DNA of 64,000 bases, taken from contig CABZPQ010000007.1 in NCBI GenBank assembly GCA_902527605.1, forward strand, positions 3,757-67,756, read 5' to 3'. The notes under the pieces are model-generated. The model did not search any database, was not told the origin of the DNA, and saw only the letters and a list, made by a program, of their open reading frames with translations. Origin of the DNA: an uncultured Pelagibacteraceae bacterium. GTDB taxonomy: Bacteria; Pseudomonadota; Alphaproteobacteria; Pelagibacterales; Pelagibacteraceae. Made by a program: the position numbers and the translations under genes. How positions within the stretch are numbered: the stretch's first letter is position 1; each line of letters starts with the position of its first letter. Below are positions 51,400 through 61,765 of the stretch, piece by piece.

Positions 51400-51623
51400 C
51401 TAGGATTTTCTTTTAAAAATTTAATATAGTTGATTACTTCATCAAATTTGTCATCAGGAATATCTTTATAAGTAGAATTAAATTTGTTTTTTACACATAT
51501 TGCTACATGAGCATATGGATTTCTTCCTTTTGGATGATTTGGATGATCAGGAAGTTGACCATGTAAATAATCGCCAGCTTCCTGTATCATTTTCCACAGT
51601 TTGCTTGCGTTTTCTTTGTTCAC
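51396..51623 (-). CDS. Small hypothetical protein
   Basis: 75 aa, GTG start, LPDHPNHPKGRNPYAH. Confidence 0.65.
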   Translation of the reverse strand: MNKENASKLWKMIQEAGDYLHGQLPDHPNHPKGRNPYAHVAICVKNKFNSTYKDIPDDKFDEVINYIKFLKENPS

Positions 51624-51684
51624 AAAAATCTAATCCTTGATTTATCTCTTTATTATCGAGTTGTAGATCGAGTTTTTAATTAAA

Positions 51685-52791
51685 TTAATTTAATAAATTT
51701 TCTTTCCAAAAAGCTAAATACTCTGGCATAAAAGTTTTTCCATGGTTACCCCCTTCAGTAACACCTTTTCCAATACAATTTTCTTTTTTAAGACCCTTAA
51801 ACATTGTTTTAAAAGCTTTTCTTGGATTTTTACGTGATAACTCATTAAATTCATCCAAACTTTTTATTTTTGTATTTTTTATAATTAAATCAATGAACTC
51901 TTTATTAGGATTCCCATCATCCTCTGTGTAAAAATTAGGACACTTCCAAAAATATTGAGTTCTTTTTTCAATTTCTGGCTCATAATTTCCAGTAAATAAA
52001 TGATACCATCCCTCTCTTAAATCGATTCTAATATCAGCACCTTTAGCTTGCATTTTTTCCATTATATCTACGCATGGACCTGGCAAGGTATAATCTTCAG
52101 CTAAACCATGTACATACCAAATTTTAGTTTCTTTAACTGGAGTTGGATTTCTAAACATTCCAGTAATTCCACATTCAGCAGATCTTGGTTGAGAGGCAGC
52201 AAAATAAAGATCTTTGCTAACTAATATATCTCTCAATCTTTTTTCTGCAGCCATTATAGAAAGATTTCCTCCTCTTGAATAACCAGAGACACCTACTTTT
52301 TTAATATTTATTTTTGGATCCTTGCTGAGATACTCTAATGCCATAAACACATCTATATAAGTAGACCATATAGAAGCCTTTGATTGATCTGTATAAGTAT
52401 GTTTCGCACCTCTCGCAGAAAAATTATCTAAATACATTGTCGCTATCCCCATGTCTAACAAAGGTTTTTGTTGATCTCTCATAAACTCTAACCAATTTGC
52501 AGTAAATTCATCAGCACCACCACTACTATGAACGATTAATAATAAAGGAAAAGGACCTTCTCCCTTTGGATAAGTAATAAGAGCATCAACTATTATTGGG
52601 CTCTCTTTATACCAGCCCTCCATAATACCTTTATAATCAGAAGTTTGATATGAATTAATCTTAATTAATTCTCCATTGCCTAGTTGTTTAGATAATTTTT
52701 TTAGTGGTGTTTTTTTTGGTTTAATTGTTTCTGCGTTAAGAACTGTATTTGAGATAAAAATTAATAATGCAATAATAAAAATTTTTTTCAT
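51685..52791 (-). CDS. Exported alpha/beta hydrolase (dienelactone hydrolase-like)
   Basis: Signal peptide, HSSGG, GYSRGG serine elbow, HG..ED, YH. Confidence 0.75.
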   Translation of the reverse strand: MKKIFIIALLIFISNTVLNAETIKPKKTPLKKLSKQLGNGELIKINSYQTSDYKGIMEGWYKESPIIVDALITYPKGEGPFPLLLIVHSSGGADEFTANWLEFMRDQQKPLLDMGIATMYLDNFSARGAKHTYTDQSKASIWSTYIDVFMALEYLSKDPKINIKKVGVSGYSRGGNLSIMAAEKRLRDILVSKDLYFAASQPRSAECGITGMFRNPTPVKETKIWYVHGLAEDYTLPGPCVDIMEKMQAKGADIRIDLREGWYHLFTGNYEPEIEKRTQYFWKCPNFYTEDDGNPNKEFIDLIIKNTKIKSLDEFNELSRKNPRKAFKTMFKGLKKENCIGKGVTEGGNHGKTFMPEYLAFWKENLLN

Positions 52792-52881
52792 AATTTAAAA
52801 TAACAGATTCTGAAATATAAGTCTATTTGCTTCAAAATTAAAAATGGCTATTTGATTTATCTCAAAAAGTTCTAGGATTAA

Positions 52882-53475
52882 TTAGATTAATAGAGATTCA
52901 ACAAATTCCCAATCTATAAGATTATCAACAAATTTATCTAAATATTCAGGTCTTCTATTTCTATAATCAATGTAATATGAATGTTCCCAGACATCACAAC
53001 CAAGTATTGGTTTTAAGTTATCAATTAAAGGATTAGCAGCATTAGCTGTTTTTGTAACGACCAATTTATCATTATTTAAAGATAACCAACACCAACCTGA
53101 TCCAAATTGAGTTATACCTGCTTGTTTAAAATGATCTTTAAATTTTTCAACGCTTCCAAAATCTTCTACAATTTTTTTCTCAAGTTTTGACGGAATATTC
53201 CCACCACCTTTTGGCTTCATGCACTTCCAAAAAAGATTATGGTTCCAATGCTGGCTTGCATTATTAAATATTCCAGCTTTTGAGTTATCTTTTGAGCTTT
53301 TAACAATTATATCTTCCAATGACATTTCAGCCATGTCCGTATCTTTTATAAAATTGTTAAGATTTGTTATGTAGGTTTGATGATGTTTTCCATGATGTAA
53401 TTCTAATGTTTCTTGTGACATTATTGGAGACAAAGCCTCATTAGAATAATCTAGTTTTGGTAATTCAAATGTCAT
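52882..53475 (-). CDS. sodB: Fe superoxide dismutase
   Basis: HHGKHH, FNNASQHWNH, DVWEHSYY. Confidence 0.9.
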   Translation of the reverse strand: MTFELPKLDYSNEALSPIMSQETLELHHGKHHQTYITNLNNFIKDTDMAEMSLEDIIVKSSKDNSKAGIFNNASQHWNHNLFWKCMKPKGGGNIPSKLEKKIVEDFGSVEKFKDHFKQAGITQFGSGWCWLSLNNDKLVVTKTANAANPLIDNLKPILGCDVWEHSYYIDYRNRRPEYLDKFVDNLIDWEFVESLLI

Positions 53476-53539
53476 AGTTATTTTTTATAATATTTTCTTG
53501 TAAATAAACTTAATTAAGTTGACGCAATTAAATACAAAA

Positions 53540-53725
53540 TTAGTTTTCTAAAGCGTTTTCTTCTCTCATAAGAATAGGTCGACCATCTTGAGCAGTGTTT
53601 AAAGGTATAATCTTACCATTGTATCTTGCGCATAACGTAGGTGCACTTCTCACTTGTTCTCCCAAATTTACTTCTAAATCTGCTATAACTAATTCAACCC
53701 CTTTCAATATACTCAATATCTTCAT
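53540..53725 (-). CDS. Small hypothetical protein (61 aa)
   Basis: Strong RBS GGAGGA, sits between msrB and sodB. Confidence 0.7.
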   Translation of the reverse strand: MKILSILKGVELVIADLEVNLGEQVRSAPTLCARYNGKIIPLNTAQDGRPILMREENALEN

Positions 53726-53737
53726 TATTCCTCCGTT

Positions 53738-54196
53738 TTATGATGATGGCTTAAATATTAAACACAAGCCGTTATTACAATATCTCTTTCCTGTCGATCC
53801 AGGACCGTCTTCAAAGACATGTCCGTGATGAGCACCACATTTTGCACAATGGTATTCAATTCTTTTCATGCCAAAGCTGTAATCAACCTTAGTTTTAAAA
53901 GCTCCAGGAAGCGCCTCTGTAAATGATGGCCAACCAGTTCCACTATCAAATTTCGAGCTAGACTTAAATAGTTTAGCTCCACAATTTGCACAGTGATAAA
54001 AACCTTCTCTTTTCTCATAATTAAGAGGGCTTGAGAATGGTCGTTCGGTTGCTTCCTCAAACATTATTTTTTTTTGGGCTTCTGTTAAATTTTGATTAAT
54101 TATTTTTTTGGTTTCAGCTAATGAAATTTTGTATGGAAAAATACTGTATAATAATGATCCAAATATAGATAATTCTATAAATTTTCTTTTGTTCAT
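53738..54196 (-). CDS. msrB: Methionine-R-sulfoxide reductase with Tat-like leader
   Basis: TERPF, GTGWPSF, HHGHVF, RYCNN; N-terminal NKRKFI. Confidence 0.93.
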   Translation of the reverse strand: MNKRKFIELSIFGSLLYSIFPYKISLAETKKIINQNLTEAQKKIMFEEATERPFSSPLNYEKREGFYHCANCGAKLFKSSSKFDSGTGWPSFTEALPGAFKTKVDYSFGMKRIEYHCAKCGAHHGHVFEDGPGSTGKRYCNNGLCLIFKPSS

Positions 54197-54258
54197 AACT
54201 TTCTTAATAGATCAATATTACTTTATTTGAATGAGATATTTTGACAGTTTCGATTTTA

Positions 54259-54293
54259 AATTGGTAGCTCCATAATTAATGAAGCTACCAGTT
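54259..54293 (-). terminator. Stem-loop after the GYD gene
   Basis: TGGTAGCT...AGCTACCA inverted repeat. Confidence 0.6.
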
Positions 54294-54296
54294 ATA

Positions 54297-54620
54297 TTAT
54301 TGTCCAGGAGCTTTATAGCCACTTGATACTTTTGTTGCATGATTTGCAATTTCATTCATTGGTGTTTCCTCACAAATGGCGATATTTTTAAGTGCACCAC
54401 TTCCCTCAGTAGCCATTTTTATAGCAGCCATTTGCTCAAATGTGCCATGAGTTTCAACTATAAAGTCATAGGGTCCTCTTAAATATGTGTAAGATTTCAT
54501 TTCAGCACCAACACTTTCAGAACACTTTCTAGCAACCTCAGATCTATCTGATCCTGGATCTTTTAAAAAGCCTGCGAATGCTTTCTCTGTAAAATTTCCC
54601 ATTAAAAAAAATTTAGCCAT
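54297..54620 (-). CDS. GYD domain protein
   Basis: GPYD motif, C-terminal YKAPG; RBS AGGAGG. Confidence 0.78.
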   Translation of the reverse strand: MAKFFLMGNFTEKAFAGFLKDPGSDRSEVARKCSESVGAEMKSYTYLRGPYDFIVETHGTFEQMAAIKMATEGSGALKNIAICEETPMNEIANHATKVSSGYKAPGQ

Positions 54621-54690
54621 AGATACCTCCTTGAAATGTATTATAGCACTTAAATAATTTTTTTTAATATTTTATTACTTTATAAAAAAT

Positions 54691-55347
54691 TTATTCTCGT
54701 CCAATTTGTAATAATTGAGGTGGTTCAAATACTCCACTTTGTATTTCGCTGTTTGATATATTTATCATGGATTTGGCAACTATTTCTGCATTTATCGATT
54801 TATATTTTTTTAAATCTCCAACTAAAATTGGCGATATACATTTCATGGCGAAAATACCTATTTTTTCTCCCAATCTTTCCTCTATTCTTTTTCCAATTAA
54901 AAATGAAGGTCTAATTACAATAAATTTTTTAAAGTTTAGTTTTCTTAATTCTTCTTCAGCCATACCTTTATTTTTTAAATACAAATTTGTTTTTTTTGAA
55001 CTGGCACCCAATGAAGAAATATAAGTAAAATTTTGTACACTATTATCGCTACAAATTTTTCCAATTGTTACAGGTAAATTGTATTCGGTGTTTATATAAT
55101 CTTGTTTGTTAGGTGTTTTTTTTCTTGTAGTTCCAATGCAAAAAAAACAATCATCGCCTTTTATTTCTGATTTAATATTTTCTAATTTTGTAAAATCTGT
55201 TTGAATAACTTCTATTTTAGAATCTATTTTTGAAGTAGAAGATCTTACAAAAACCTTAATTTTTTTATATTTTTGATCATTAGTTAACAGTTTAAGTAAT
55301 ATTCCACCAATTAATCCAGTTGATCCGAATATTAATGCTGTTTTCAT
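54691..55347 (-). CDS. NAD(P)-binding protein (TIP30/CC3-like atypical SDR)
   Basis: GSTGLIG, CIGTT, SSLGA, Y...KG, RPS. Confidence 0.8.
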   Translation of the reverse strand: MKTALIFGSTGLIGGILLKLLTNDQKYKKIKVFVRSSTSKIDSKIEVIQTDFTKLENIKSEIKGDDCFFCIGTTRKKTPNKQDYINTEYNLPVTIGKICSDNSVQNFTYISSLGASSKKTNLYLKNKGMAEEELRKLNFKKFIVIRPSFLIGKRIEERLGEKIGIFAMKCISPILVGDLKKYKSINAEIVAKSMINISNSEIQSGVFEPPQLLQIGRE

Positions 55348-55362
55348 AATGTTGAACTTACA

Positions 55363-56655
55363 CTAAATTTTCTTAAATTCGTTCAAATTATTTGGTTCAT
55401 CTATTGGTTCAGTTGAAGGATTAAGTTCTATACCGGCTGGAGTAATTGTTTGAGGCATAGGTGCAAATTGTGAATCTGGGTTATCTCCAGATTCTCTAAT
55501 TTGCATTCTATATATTCCAAATAAACCAATAAATGAATGAAATATAATTAAAAAAATAAAAAATCCATTTTCTCCTAAAAATTCCATAAATAATGAGCAC
55601 ATAAAAGGACCGCAAATTGCACCAAGACCAAAAACAAATTGTAATCCTGCTCCTGCTGCTACAAATTTTTCTTTTGGTATAAAATCATTTGTGTGTGCAA
55701 AAATTAATGCAAACATTGGTAGACTACAAAAAGAAAAACACATTATACAGATATAAAAAAATAATTTTGATGTAGCTAAACCTGCAGGCATATACATTTG
55801 ACCCGAAGAAATAATCGCCAAAAAACAAAATAAAGCTGCTCCAAATGTTGTATAAATAATTACAATTCTTCTATCCAAAACATCTGATAATTTTCCAATT
55901 GGCCATTGAGATATAGCTCCAGATATCGCAAATAAAAATGTTACTATTGAAACTTCTAAAATACTAAAATTCATCGATGTAGCATAAACTGCAATCAATG
56001 AAAAAACAGCAGAATGTGATATTCCAATTAAAAACGAACTTACAACACCAAATGGTGATGATTTATAAACTTCCTTGAGTTTCATACCTGATATTTTTTT
56101 AAAGTTTGGAGCCTTTCTTTTTGTTAATAATATTGGAACAAGAGACAATGACATAAATAAAGATATCAATATAAAAGGTTGAAAGTTTTCTGGTTTACTA
56201 AAGTTTATGAAAAACATTCCAATCGCCATAGAGGCATACATAACAATCATGTAGATTGATAAAACACTACCTCTATTCTTATTTGTAGATCTATCATTTA
56301 ACCAGCTTTCAGCAATTGTATAAAGGCAAACCATGCTAAATCCAGAAATCATTCTAAGCACGAACCATGAAATAGGATTTACAAAAATAGAGTGTAACAA
56401 GACTACAATTGAAGTGACAGAAGCAAAAGCCGCGAATACTCTAATATGTCCAACTCTATAAATTAATGATTGTATAATTTTTGCTCCAATAAAATATCCA
56501 ACAAAATATCCAGAAAACAAAAAACCTGTCGATGATAGACCAAAATTTTCTTTAACTGCTCTAACACCTAAAAGAGTTCCTTGAAAACCATGAGCGAGCA
56601 TTATAAATGCCATACCCATAAAGAGAGCCCAAGAGTTTTTTATAATTTTGTTCAT
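55363..56655 (-). CDS. MFS transporter (YcaD-like)
   Basis: 12 TM, VGHIR, ESWLN, GKLSD..DRR. Confidence 0.88.
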   Translation of the reverse strand: MNKIIKNSWALFMGMAFIMLAHGFQGTLLGVRAVKENFGLSSTGFLFSGYFVGYFIGAKIIQSLIYRVGHIRVFAAFASVTSIVVLLHSIFVNPISWFVLRMISGFSMVCLYTIAESWLNDRSTNKNRGSVLSIYMIVMYASMAIGMFFINFSKPENFQPFILISLFMSLSLVPILLTKRKAPNFKKISGMKLKEVYKSSPFGVVSSFLIGISHSAVFSLIAVYATSMNFSILEVSIVTFLFAISGAISQWPIGKLSDVLDRRIVIIYTTFGAALFCFLAIISSGQMYMPAGLATSKLFFYICIMCFSFCSLPMFALIFAHTNDFIPKEKFVAAGAGLQFVFGLGAICGPFMCSLFMEFLGENGFFIFLIIFHSFIGLFGIYRMQIRESGDNPDSQFAPMPQTITPAGIELNPSTEPIDEPNNLNEFKKI

Positions 56656-56725
56656 AAAATTAGCGGTGTTTATGGGCGATCTAATTTTAAATCAAGACAA
56701 ATTTGTGACAAAAAGAAAAATAATT

Positions 56726-57592
56726 TTATTTAGAAGAAGATTTTAATTTTAGATAAGAGTGAATAGCTATTGTGAATATAATTACAAGTCCACCAACTAT
56801 TGTCTCTATACTCGGCTGTTCTTTGATAACTAACCAAACCCAAATGGGTCCTAAAATGGTCTCTAGAAGAAAAAACAGATTAACTTCCTCGGCAGGTATA
56901 AATCTTGGAGCAATCGTTACCAAAACGAATGGTATTGCTACACACAAAATACACATTAAAGGTATATAAATCAGATCTTTTTCAACTAACTCATAACTTT
57001 CAACGAAAAAGAGAGCAAATAGAGCTACTGTAAGCTTACCGACAACTGCTGAAGGTAGCAAATCTCTATCTTTTGCCGACCTGATTATTACCGCGTTGGT
57101 GGCGAGTCCAAAAGCTGTTGTTATACCCATAAGATCACCAAATAAGTTACCCATCTCTAGAGAGTCATAAAATATATATATTACAGCTACTAAAGTAATA
57201 GCTATAGCTATCCAGGTCTTCTTATCGGGAACCTCTTTTAAAAATATTGCACCAAGGATTGCTGAAAGCATAGGTGCCATCGCAATCATTATTAATGTAT
57301 TTGCTACATTTGTATTTTGTATTGAAATTATAAATGTGATGTTACAAATCGAAAAACTTATAATATAAAAAATACCAGCATAACCAACATTCAAAAATGC
57401 TTTAATAAAGTTTTTTTTATAAAATATGAGAAGTCCAATTAATACAGCTACAAATGGTATCGCACCTCTATAAAACAATAATCCCCAAGTATCTATAGAA
57501 GATAATCTTATAAAAAGTGAATCTGGTGTGATAAACATCACAGCTATAAATGCAAGGGATGATCCTTTTTGCTGATTTGACAAATTTTTCAA
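56726..57592 (-). CDS. DMT/EamA family transporter
   Basis: About 10 TM, TPDSLFIRL. Confidence 0.85.
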   Translation of the reverse strand: MKNLSNQQKGSSLAFIAVMFITPDSLFIRLSSIDTWGLLFYRGAIPFVAVLIGLLIFYKKNFIKAFLNVGYAGIFYIISFSICNITFIISIQNTNVANTLIMIAMAPMLSAILGAIFLKEVPDKKTWIAIAITLVAVIYIFYDSLEMGNLFGDLMGITTAFGLATNAVIIRSAKDRDLLPSAVVGKLTVALFALFFVESYELVEKDLIYIPLMCILCVAIPFVLVTIAPRFIPAEEVNLFFLLETILGPIWVWLVIKEQPSIETIVGGLVIIFTIAIHSYLKLKSSSK

Positions 57593-58516
57593 CTATAAAC
57601 CTTTCCAAAAAGTCTTAGCCAAGTTTATCTGAGATAAATCAAAATATGTTTTTATACCCGTTGGTGATGTTACATTTATATCTCCATTTAACTTTCCATC
57701 AATGAAGTCTATTCCTGCAAAGTATATTCCGTCTTTCTTAATTTTTTTTGCAATTATATTTGAAATTTTTAGCTCTTTATTACTTAAAAATGCGATTTTA
57801 GGTTTTGCACCTTTGCTCATATTGCTCAATATTGATCCTGATTTTGGAACTCTAGATATAGCTCCGCAAACCTTACCATTTATAATAAAAACTCTTTTAT
57901 CTCCAAACTTAATTTTATTTAAAAATTTTTGACACATAATGTGACCGTGTTTTTTCAATATTTGCTTTAATTTAAGTAAATTAAGCTTCCCTGAAATAAG
58001 ATTTATATCATTACCACCATAGCTATGAATAGGTTTAATTATTATCTTTTTATGTTTTTTGAAAAATTTTTTAATTTCAATCAAATCTTTAGTAAATATT
58101 GTATCCGCCATATAGTTTTTAAAATTTAAAGAATAAAATTTTTCTGAAATATTTCTTACTGAAGTAGGATCATTAATAATTTTTGTTTTATCTTTGATTC
58201 TATCTAACATTAATGTTGTAGAAATATATTCCAAGTTAAAAGGTGGATCCTGTCTGATTAAAATATATTTTGCAAAGGATAAGTCTAATTTTGATTTTTT
58301 TAGAATTTTATAAAATTTCTTTTTTGAATAATCAATTTTAATAAAATATCCTTCACTTACAGTTTTTCCTCTTATATTCGATAAATTTTCTGGATAATAA
58401 TAAAATAATTTATAACCCTTGTTTTGAGCTTCATGAGCTAAAAAAATAGTAGTATCTGTTTTGATATTTAATTTTTTTAAATTATCACCTTGTATAGCAA
58501 CAATTTTATTGGTCAT
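57593..58516 (-). CDS. gshB: Glutathione synthetase
   Basis: RQDPPF, GDKR, SNMSKG, INVTSPTG. Confidence 0.93.
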   Translation of the reverse strand: MTNKIVAIQGDNLKKLNIKTDTTIFLAHEAQNKGYKLFYYYPENLSNIRGKTVSEGYFIKIDYSKKKFYKILKKSKLDLSFAKYILIRQDPPFNLEYISTTLMLDRIKDKTKIINDPTSVRNISEKFYSLNFKNYMADTIFTKDLIEIKKFFKKHKKIIIKPIHSYGGNDINLISGKLNLLKLKQILKKHGHIMCQKFLNKIKFGDKRVFIINGKVCGAISRVPKSGSILSNMSKGAKPKIAFLSNKELKISNIIAKKIKKDGIYFAGIDFIDGKLNGDINVTSPTGIKTYFDLSQINLAKTFWKGL

Positions 58517-59801
58517 ATAAATCATTCAAATTTTCGGAATTTGAATACTTACTTATTATGTTATCAGCATTTGTTTTTTTATTTTTTACAATTTTTTCTA
58601 AGTGATCTAAAAACTTTGCTTCACTTAATTTTTTTCTATTTAAAAAGTCTCTCTTTTTTAATCCTGATTTTGATATGTCTAATAGTCTCTCTGCCCAATA
58701 CGAAATATCCTTGCCCATCAAATTAGTTTTTAAGCCATTTTTAGGGGCATTTTTATAAGCTGAAAGCACTTCATTAGCTTCCCAATTTTTAATTAAATCT
58801 AAAGCTTCTTCCAGATTTCCATAAAGTAATCCAGTGAATAGGGCAGGACCAGCACATAAACACTCCCATCCGCACGCATCCATTGATCTCAATTCTATAT
58901 ATTGTTTTAATCTGTTCTCTGTAAATATTGTTCCTAAATGTGTATCAAGATCATTAGTACTAGGAATTTTATTTCCAATTTCTTTAATTTCTCCATTCAT
59001 AAAGTTTTTAAATAAATATTTTTTTCCAGATATATAATTACCTTCACTTTGTAAAAATAAGATTGGATAATTCATAATATAATCTGTATATTTTTCAAAA
59101 TTTACATCTTTTAAAAAAAACTCAGGCAATCCACCTCTAGATGTTTCTTGCCAAACTTTAGATCTGTAAGATAAATATCCACTATTACTTTTTTCAACTA
59201 TAGAGGAATTTGCAAAAAGTCCGATAGATATTGGAACTAAATTATTTGCCAACTTAAATTTTTTTATAAAATCGTCTTCTGAGGTGTAATCTAAATTTAA
59301 TTGAGTACCTGCAGTTTTATACATCATATCCAAACTTAGTTTTCCTCCAACAGGCATATCTTTCGTCATAACCTCATACCTTTTTTTTGGATTATTAGGT
59401 ATATCCTCAAGTTTAGATATAGGATCATATCCAGAGCTTACTATTTTAAAATCTAATTTTTCAATTACCTGATTTAACTCAAATAAATATTCATGAGATT
59501 CAGCACAAGCTTCATGAATATTATTTAATTTTGCTCCAGAAAGCTCTATTTGATTGCCAGGTTCTAAAGTAATACTTTTACCATTCTTAGTTAACGCTAT
59601 TGGATTTTTTTCCTCAAAAATAGGTTTCCAGCCAAACTCATATAAATTTTCAAACATTTTCTTTATTTTGGGATAATCTATTCTCGTATTTGTTTTTTTA
59701 TCAAAAATAAATTTTTCATGCTCAACTCCAATCTTTAAATTAGATTTATCCTTTGAGCCTGACTTAAAATGTTCTATTATTTGCTCTTTTGTTTCTATCA
59801 T
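58506..59801 (-). CDS. gshA: Glutamate--cysteine ligase (alphaproteobacterial/plant type)
   Basis: IGVEHEK, LEPGNQIELSG, QLNLD, IELRSMD. Confidence 0.92.
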   Translation of the reverse strand: MIETKEQIIEHFKSGSKDKSNLKIGVEHEKFIFDKKTNTRIDYPKIKKMFENLYEFGWKPIFEEKNPIALTKNGKSITLEPGNQIELSGAKLNNIHEACAESHEYLFELNQVIEKLDFKIVSSGYDPISKLEDIPNNPKKRYEVMTKDMPVGGKLSLDMMYKTAGTQLNLDYTSEDDFIKKFKLANNLVPISIGLFANSSIVEKSNSGYLSYRSKVWQETSRGGLPEFFLKDVNFEKYTDYIMNYPILFLQSEGNYISGKKYLFKNFMNGEIKEIGNKIPSTNDLDTHLGTIFTENRLKQYIELRSMDACGWECLCAGPALFTGLLYGNLEEALDLIKNWEANEVLSAYKNAPKNGLKTNLMGKDISYWAERLLDISKSGLKKRDFLNRKKLSEAKFLDHLEKIVKNKKTNADNIISKYSNSENLNDLYDQ

Positions 59802-61750
59802 TAACTTATATTGTTTCTTTTTAGATAATCTTCAATTTCCTTTATATTACTTAATTTGTTAGAGCAAGTTTGATTTTTACATATAACAATTTTTGCCTCT
59901 TTTACTTCATTATCTAGATATTTAAATGTAGCTCTAGTAAAAAATTTTTTTTGTAAATACTTTTTTATATTTAGATCTAAATTTTGCTTTCCATGAATTG
60001 TAAAAGATATACTTTCATTGCAAATATCCAATGATTTTACAAAACTAAACATTTGTGCAAAGTTTGAGTTTAAAACTTGGTGGAAACTTTTCTTTAAAAT
60101 ATCAATTTTTTCAAACCATATTTTATCACTAGTTATTATATATAGCTTGTTGCATAAGTTTAAATACACACTATTTCCATTCGGTATATTATTATCATTT
60201 AGATCTACTGGTTGCACAAATAGGTCATTGTTTAATATTTTATTTTTCTGCATTAAGCCTGATTTTTTATCAAAGAAGTATTCCCAGGTTTTTATTAAAA
60301 TATCTTTTGCTTTTTCGATGTATTTAACGTCACCATCTAATTCATAAATAGTTATCAAAAGACTAGCATAGTATACGTAATCTTCCAAAAAAGCGTCAAT
60401 CTCTGTGTCTTGATAGCAATGGAAAATTTTGTCTGACAAATATTTTTCCAATATCTTTATACTATCAAGAGTATTTTGTTTTAGTTCTTCACTATCAGTT
60501 ACTAGCGATGAAAGAAGAAGAGTTTCTAATAAAAAACAATTTTGATCAGTTTGAGATTTATCATCAAATAATGGTTTAGTACGTTTGTTTCTTTGATCTA
60601 ATAATGTTTTTTCTGTGTTTGAGATTTCTTTAATCTCATCATCGGAAAGTTTTTTATGAGTTTCTGTTAAAATATTATTACCTTCAAAATTTCCCTCTTC
60701 GGTTAAATTATATTTTTTTGCAAATAAATTAAATTTAGGACCCAGAGTATTTTTTAGTTCTGCATAATTCCATACATAATATTTTCCTTCAACACCATCG
60801 CTATCGGCATCATATGCAGACCCATAAAGATCAAAATCATTTTTAAATTCTGAATTAATAAAATCTATAGTTTGCTCTAACTTTTTCTTATAATAAAGAT
60901 TATTAGTTTTTTGAAAGAACTTATTTAGCAACCCAATATATTGAATATTATCATAAAGCATTTTTTCAAAGTGGGGGACAATCCAATTTTCATCAACTGT
61001 GTATCTTGCTATACCACCAGCTAAATGATCATACATTCCTTTTGAAGAAATATTATAGAGTAAAGTCTCAACTGGTTTAAAGTATTCCTCTTTTCCCGTT
61101 TTTAAATAAAAATAAAACATTGCATCAAACAAATAAAATTGAGGAAACTTAGGCGCTCCTTTAAAACTTCCGTTGTCTTTATCAAGGTGTTGTATAATTT
61201 TTTCTAAAAATGGCTCTAATGGTTGATTTAATACTGCTGATCTTTGATTAATTTTACCAAATATTTCTTGCATTTGGGGTGCTTGATCGAGAATTTTTTC
61301 TCTATTCTTATTATATACGTCAGAAACATTATTTAGAACTTTTTGAAAATCTGGTCTTCCATGCATTTCTTTTGGTGGGAAATAAGTTCCACCAGTAAAA
61401 GGAACTCCATTTTCATCAAGAAACATCGATAAAGGCCAACCTCCTTGTGTTCCTGTTAAAATAGATAAACTTCTTTGAAAAACATAATCTAAATCAGGTC
61501 TTTCTTCTCTATCAACTTTAATGTTTATAAATTTTTCATTCATTATTTTAGCTGTTTCATCATCTTCAAAACTTTCATGAGCCATAACATGACACCAATG
61601 ACAACTCGCATATCCAACACTAAGAAATATTGGTTTTTTTTCTTTTTTTGCTTGTTCTAAACTTTCTTTATTCCAAGCAAACCAGTTAACTGGATTATCT
61701 TTATGTTGTTTTAAATACGGACTCTTCTCTTCCTTGAGTTTATTAGTCAT
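59801..61750 (-). CDS. Thioredoxin-domain YyaL/SPATA20 family protein
   Basis: SPYL.QH..NPV, CHWCHVM, DREERPD, PHFEKMLYD. Confidence 0.9.
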   Translation of the reverse strand: MTNKLKEEKSPYLKQHKDNPVNWFAWNKESLEQAKKEKKPIFLSVGYASCHWCHVMAHESFEDDETAKIMNEKFINIKVDREERPDLDYVFQRSLSILTGTQGGWPLSMFLDENGVPFTGGTYFPPKEMHGRPDFQKVLNNVSDVYNKNREKILDQAPQMQEIFGKINQRSAVLNQPLEPFLEKIIQHLDKDNGSFKGAPKFPQFYLFDAMFYFYLKTGKEEYFKPVETLLYNISSKGMYDHLAGGIARYTVDENWIVPHFEKMLYDNIQYIGLLNKFFQKTNNLYYKKKLEQTIDFINSEFKNDFDLYGSAYDADSDGVEGKYYVWNYAELKNTLGPKFNLFAKKYNLTEEGNFEGNNILTETHKKLSDDEIKEISNTEKTLLDQRNKRTKPLFDDKSQTDQNCFLLETLLLSSLVTDSEELKQNTLDSIKILEKYLSDKIFHCYQDTEIDAFLEDYVYYASLLITIYELDGDVKYIEKAKDILIKTWEYFFDKKSGLMQKNKILNNDLFVQPVDLNDNNIPNGNSVYLNLCNKLYIITSDKIWFEKIDILKKSFHQVLNSNFAQMFSFVKSLDICNESISFTIHGKQNLDLNIKKYLQKKFFTRATFKYLDNEVKEAKIVICKNQTCSNKLSNIKEIEDYLKRNNIS

Positions 61751-61765
61751 GTTTTCTTTTAAAAA

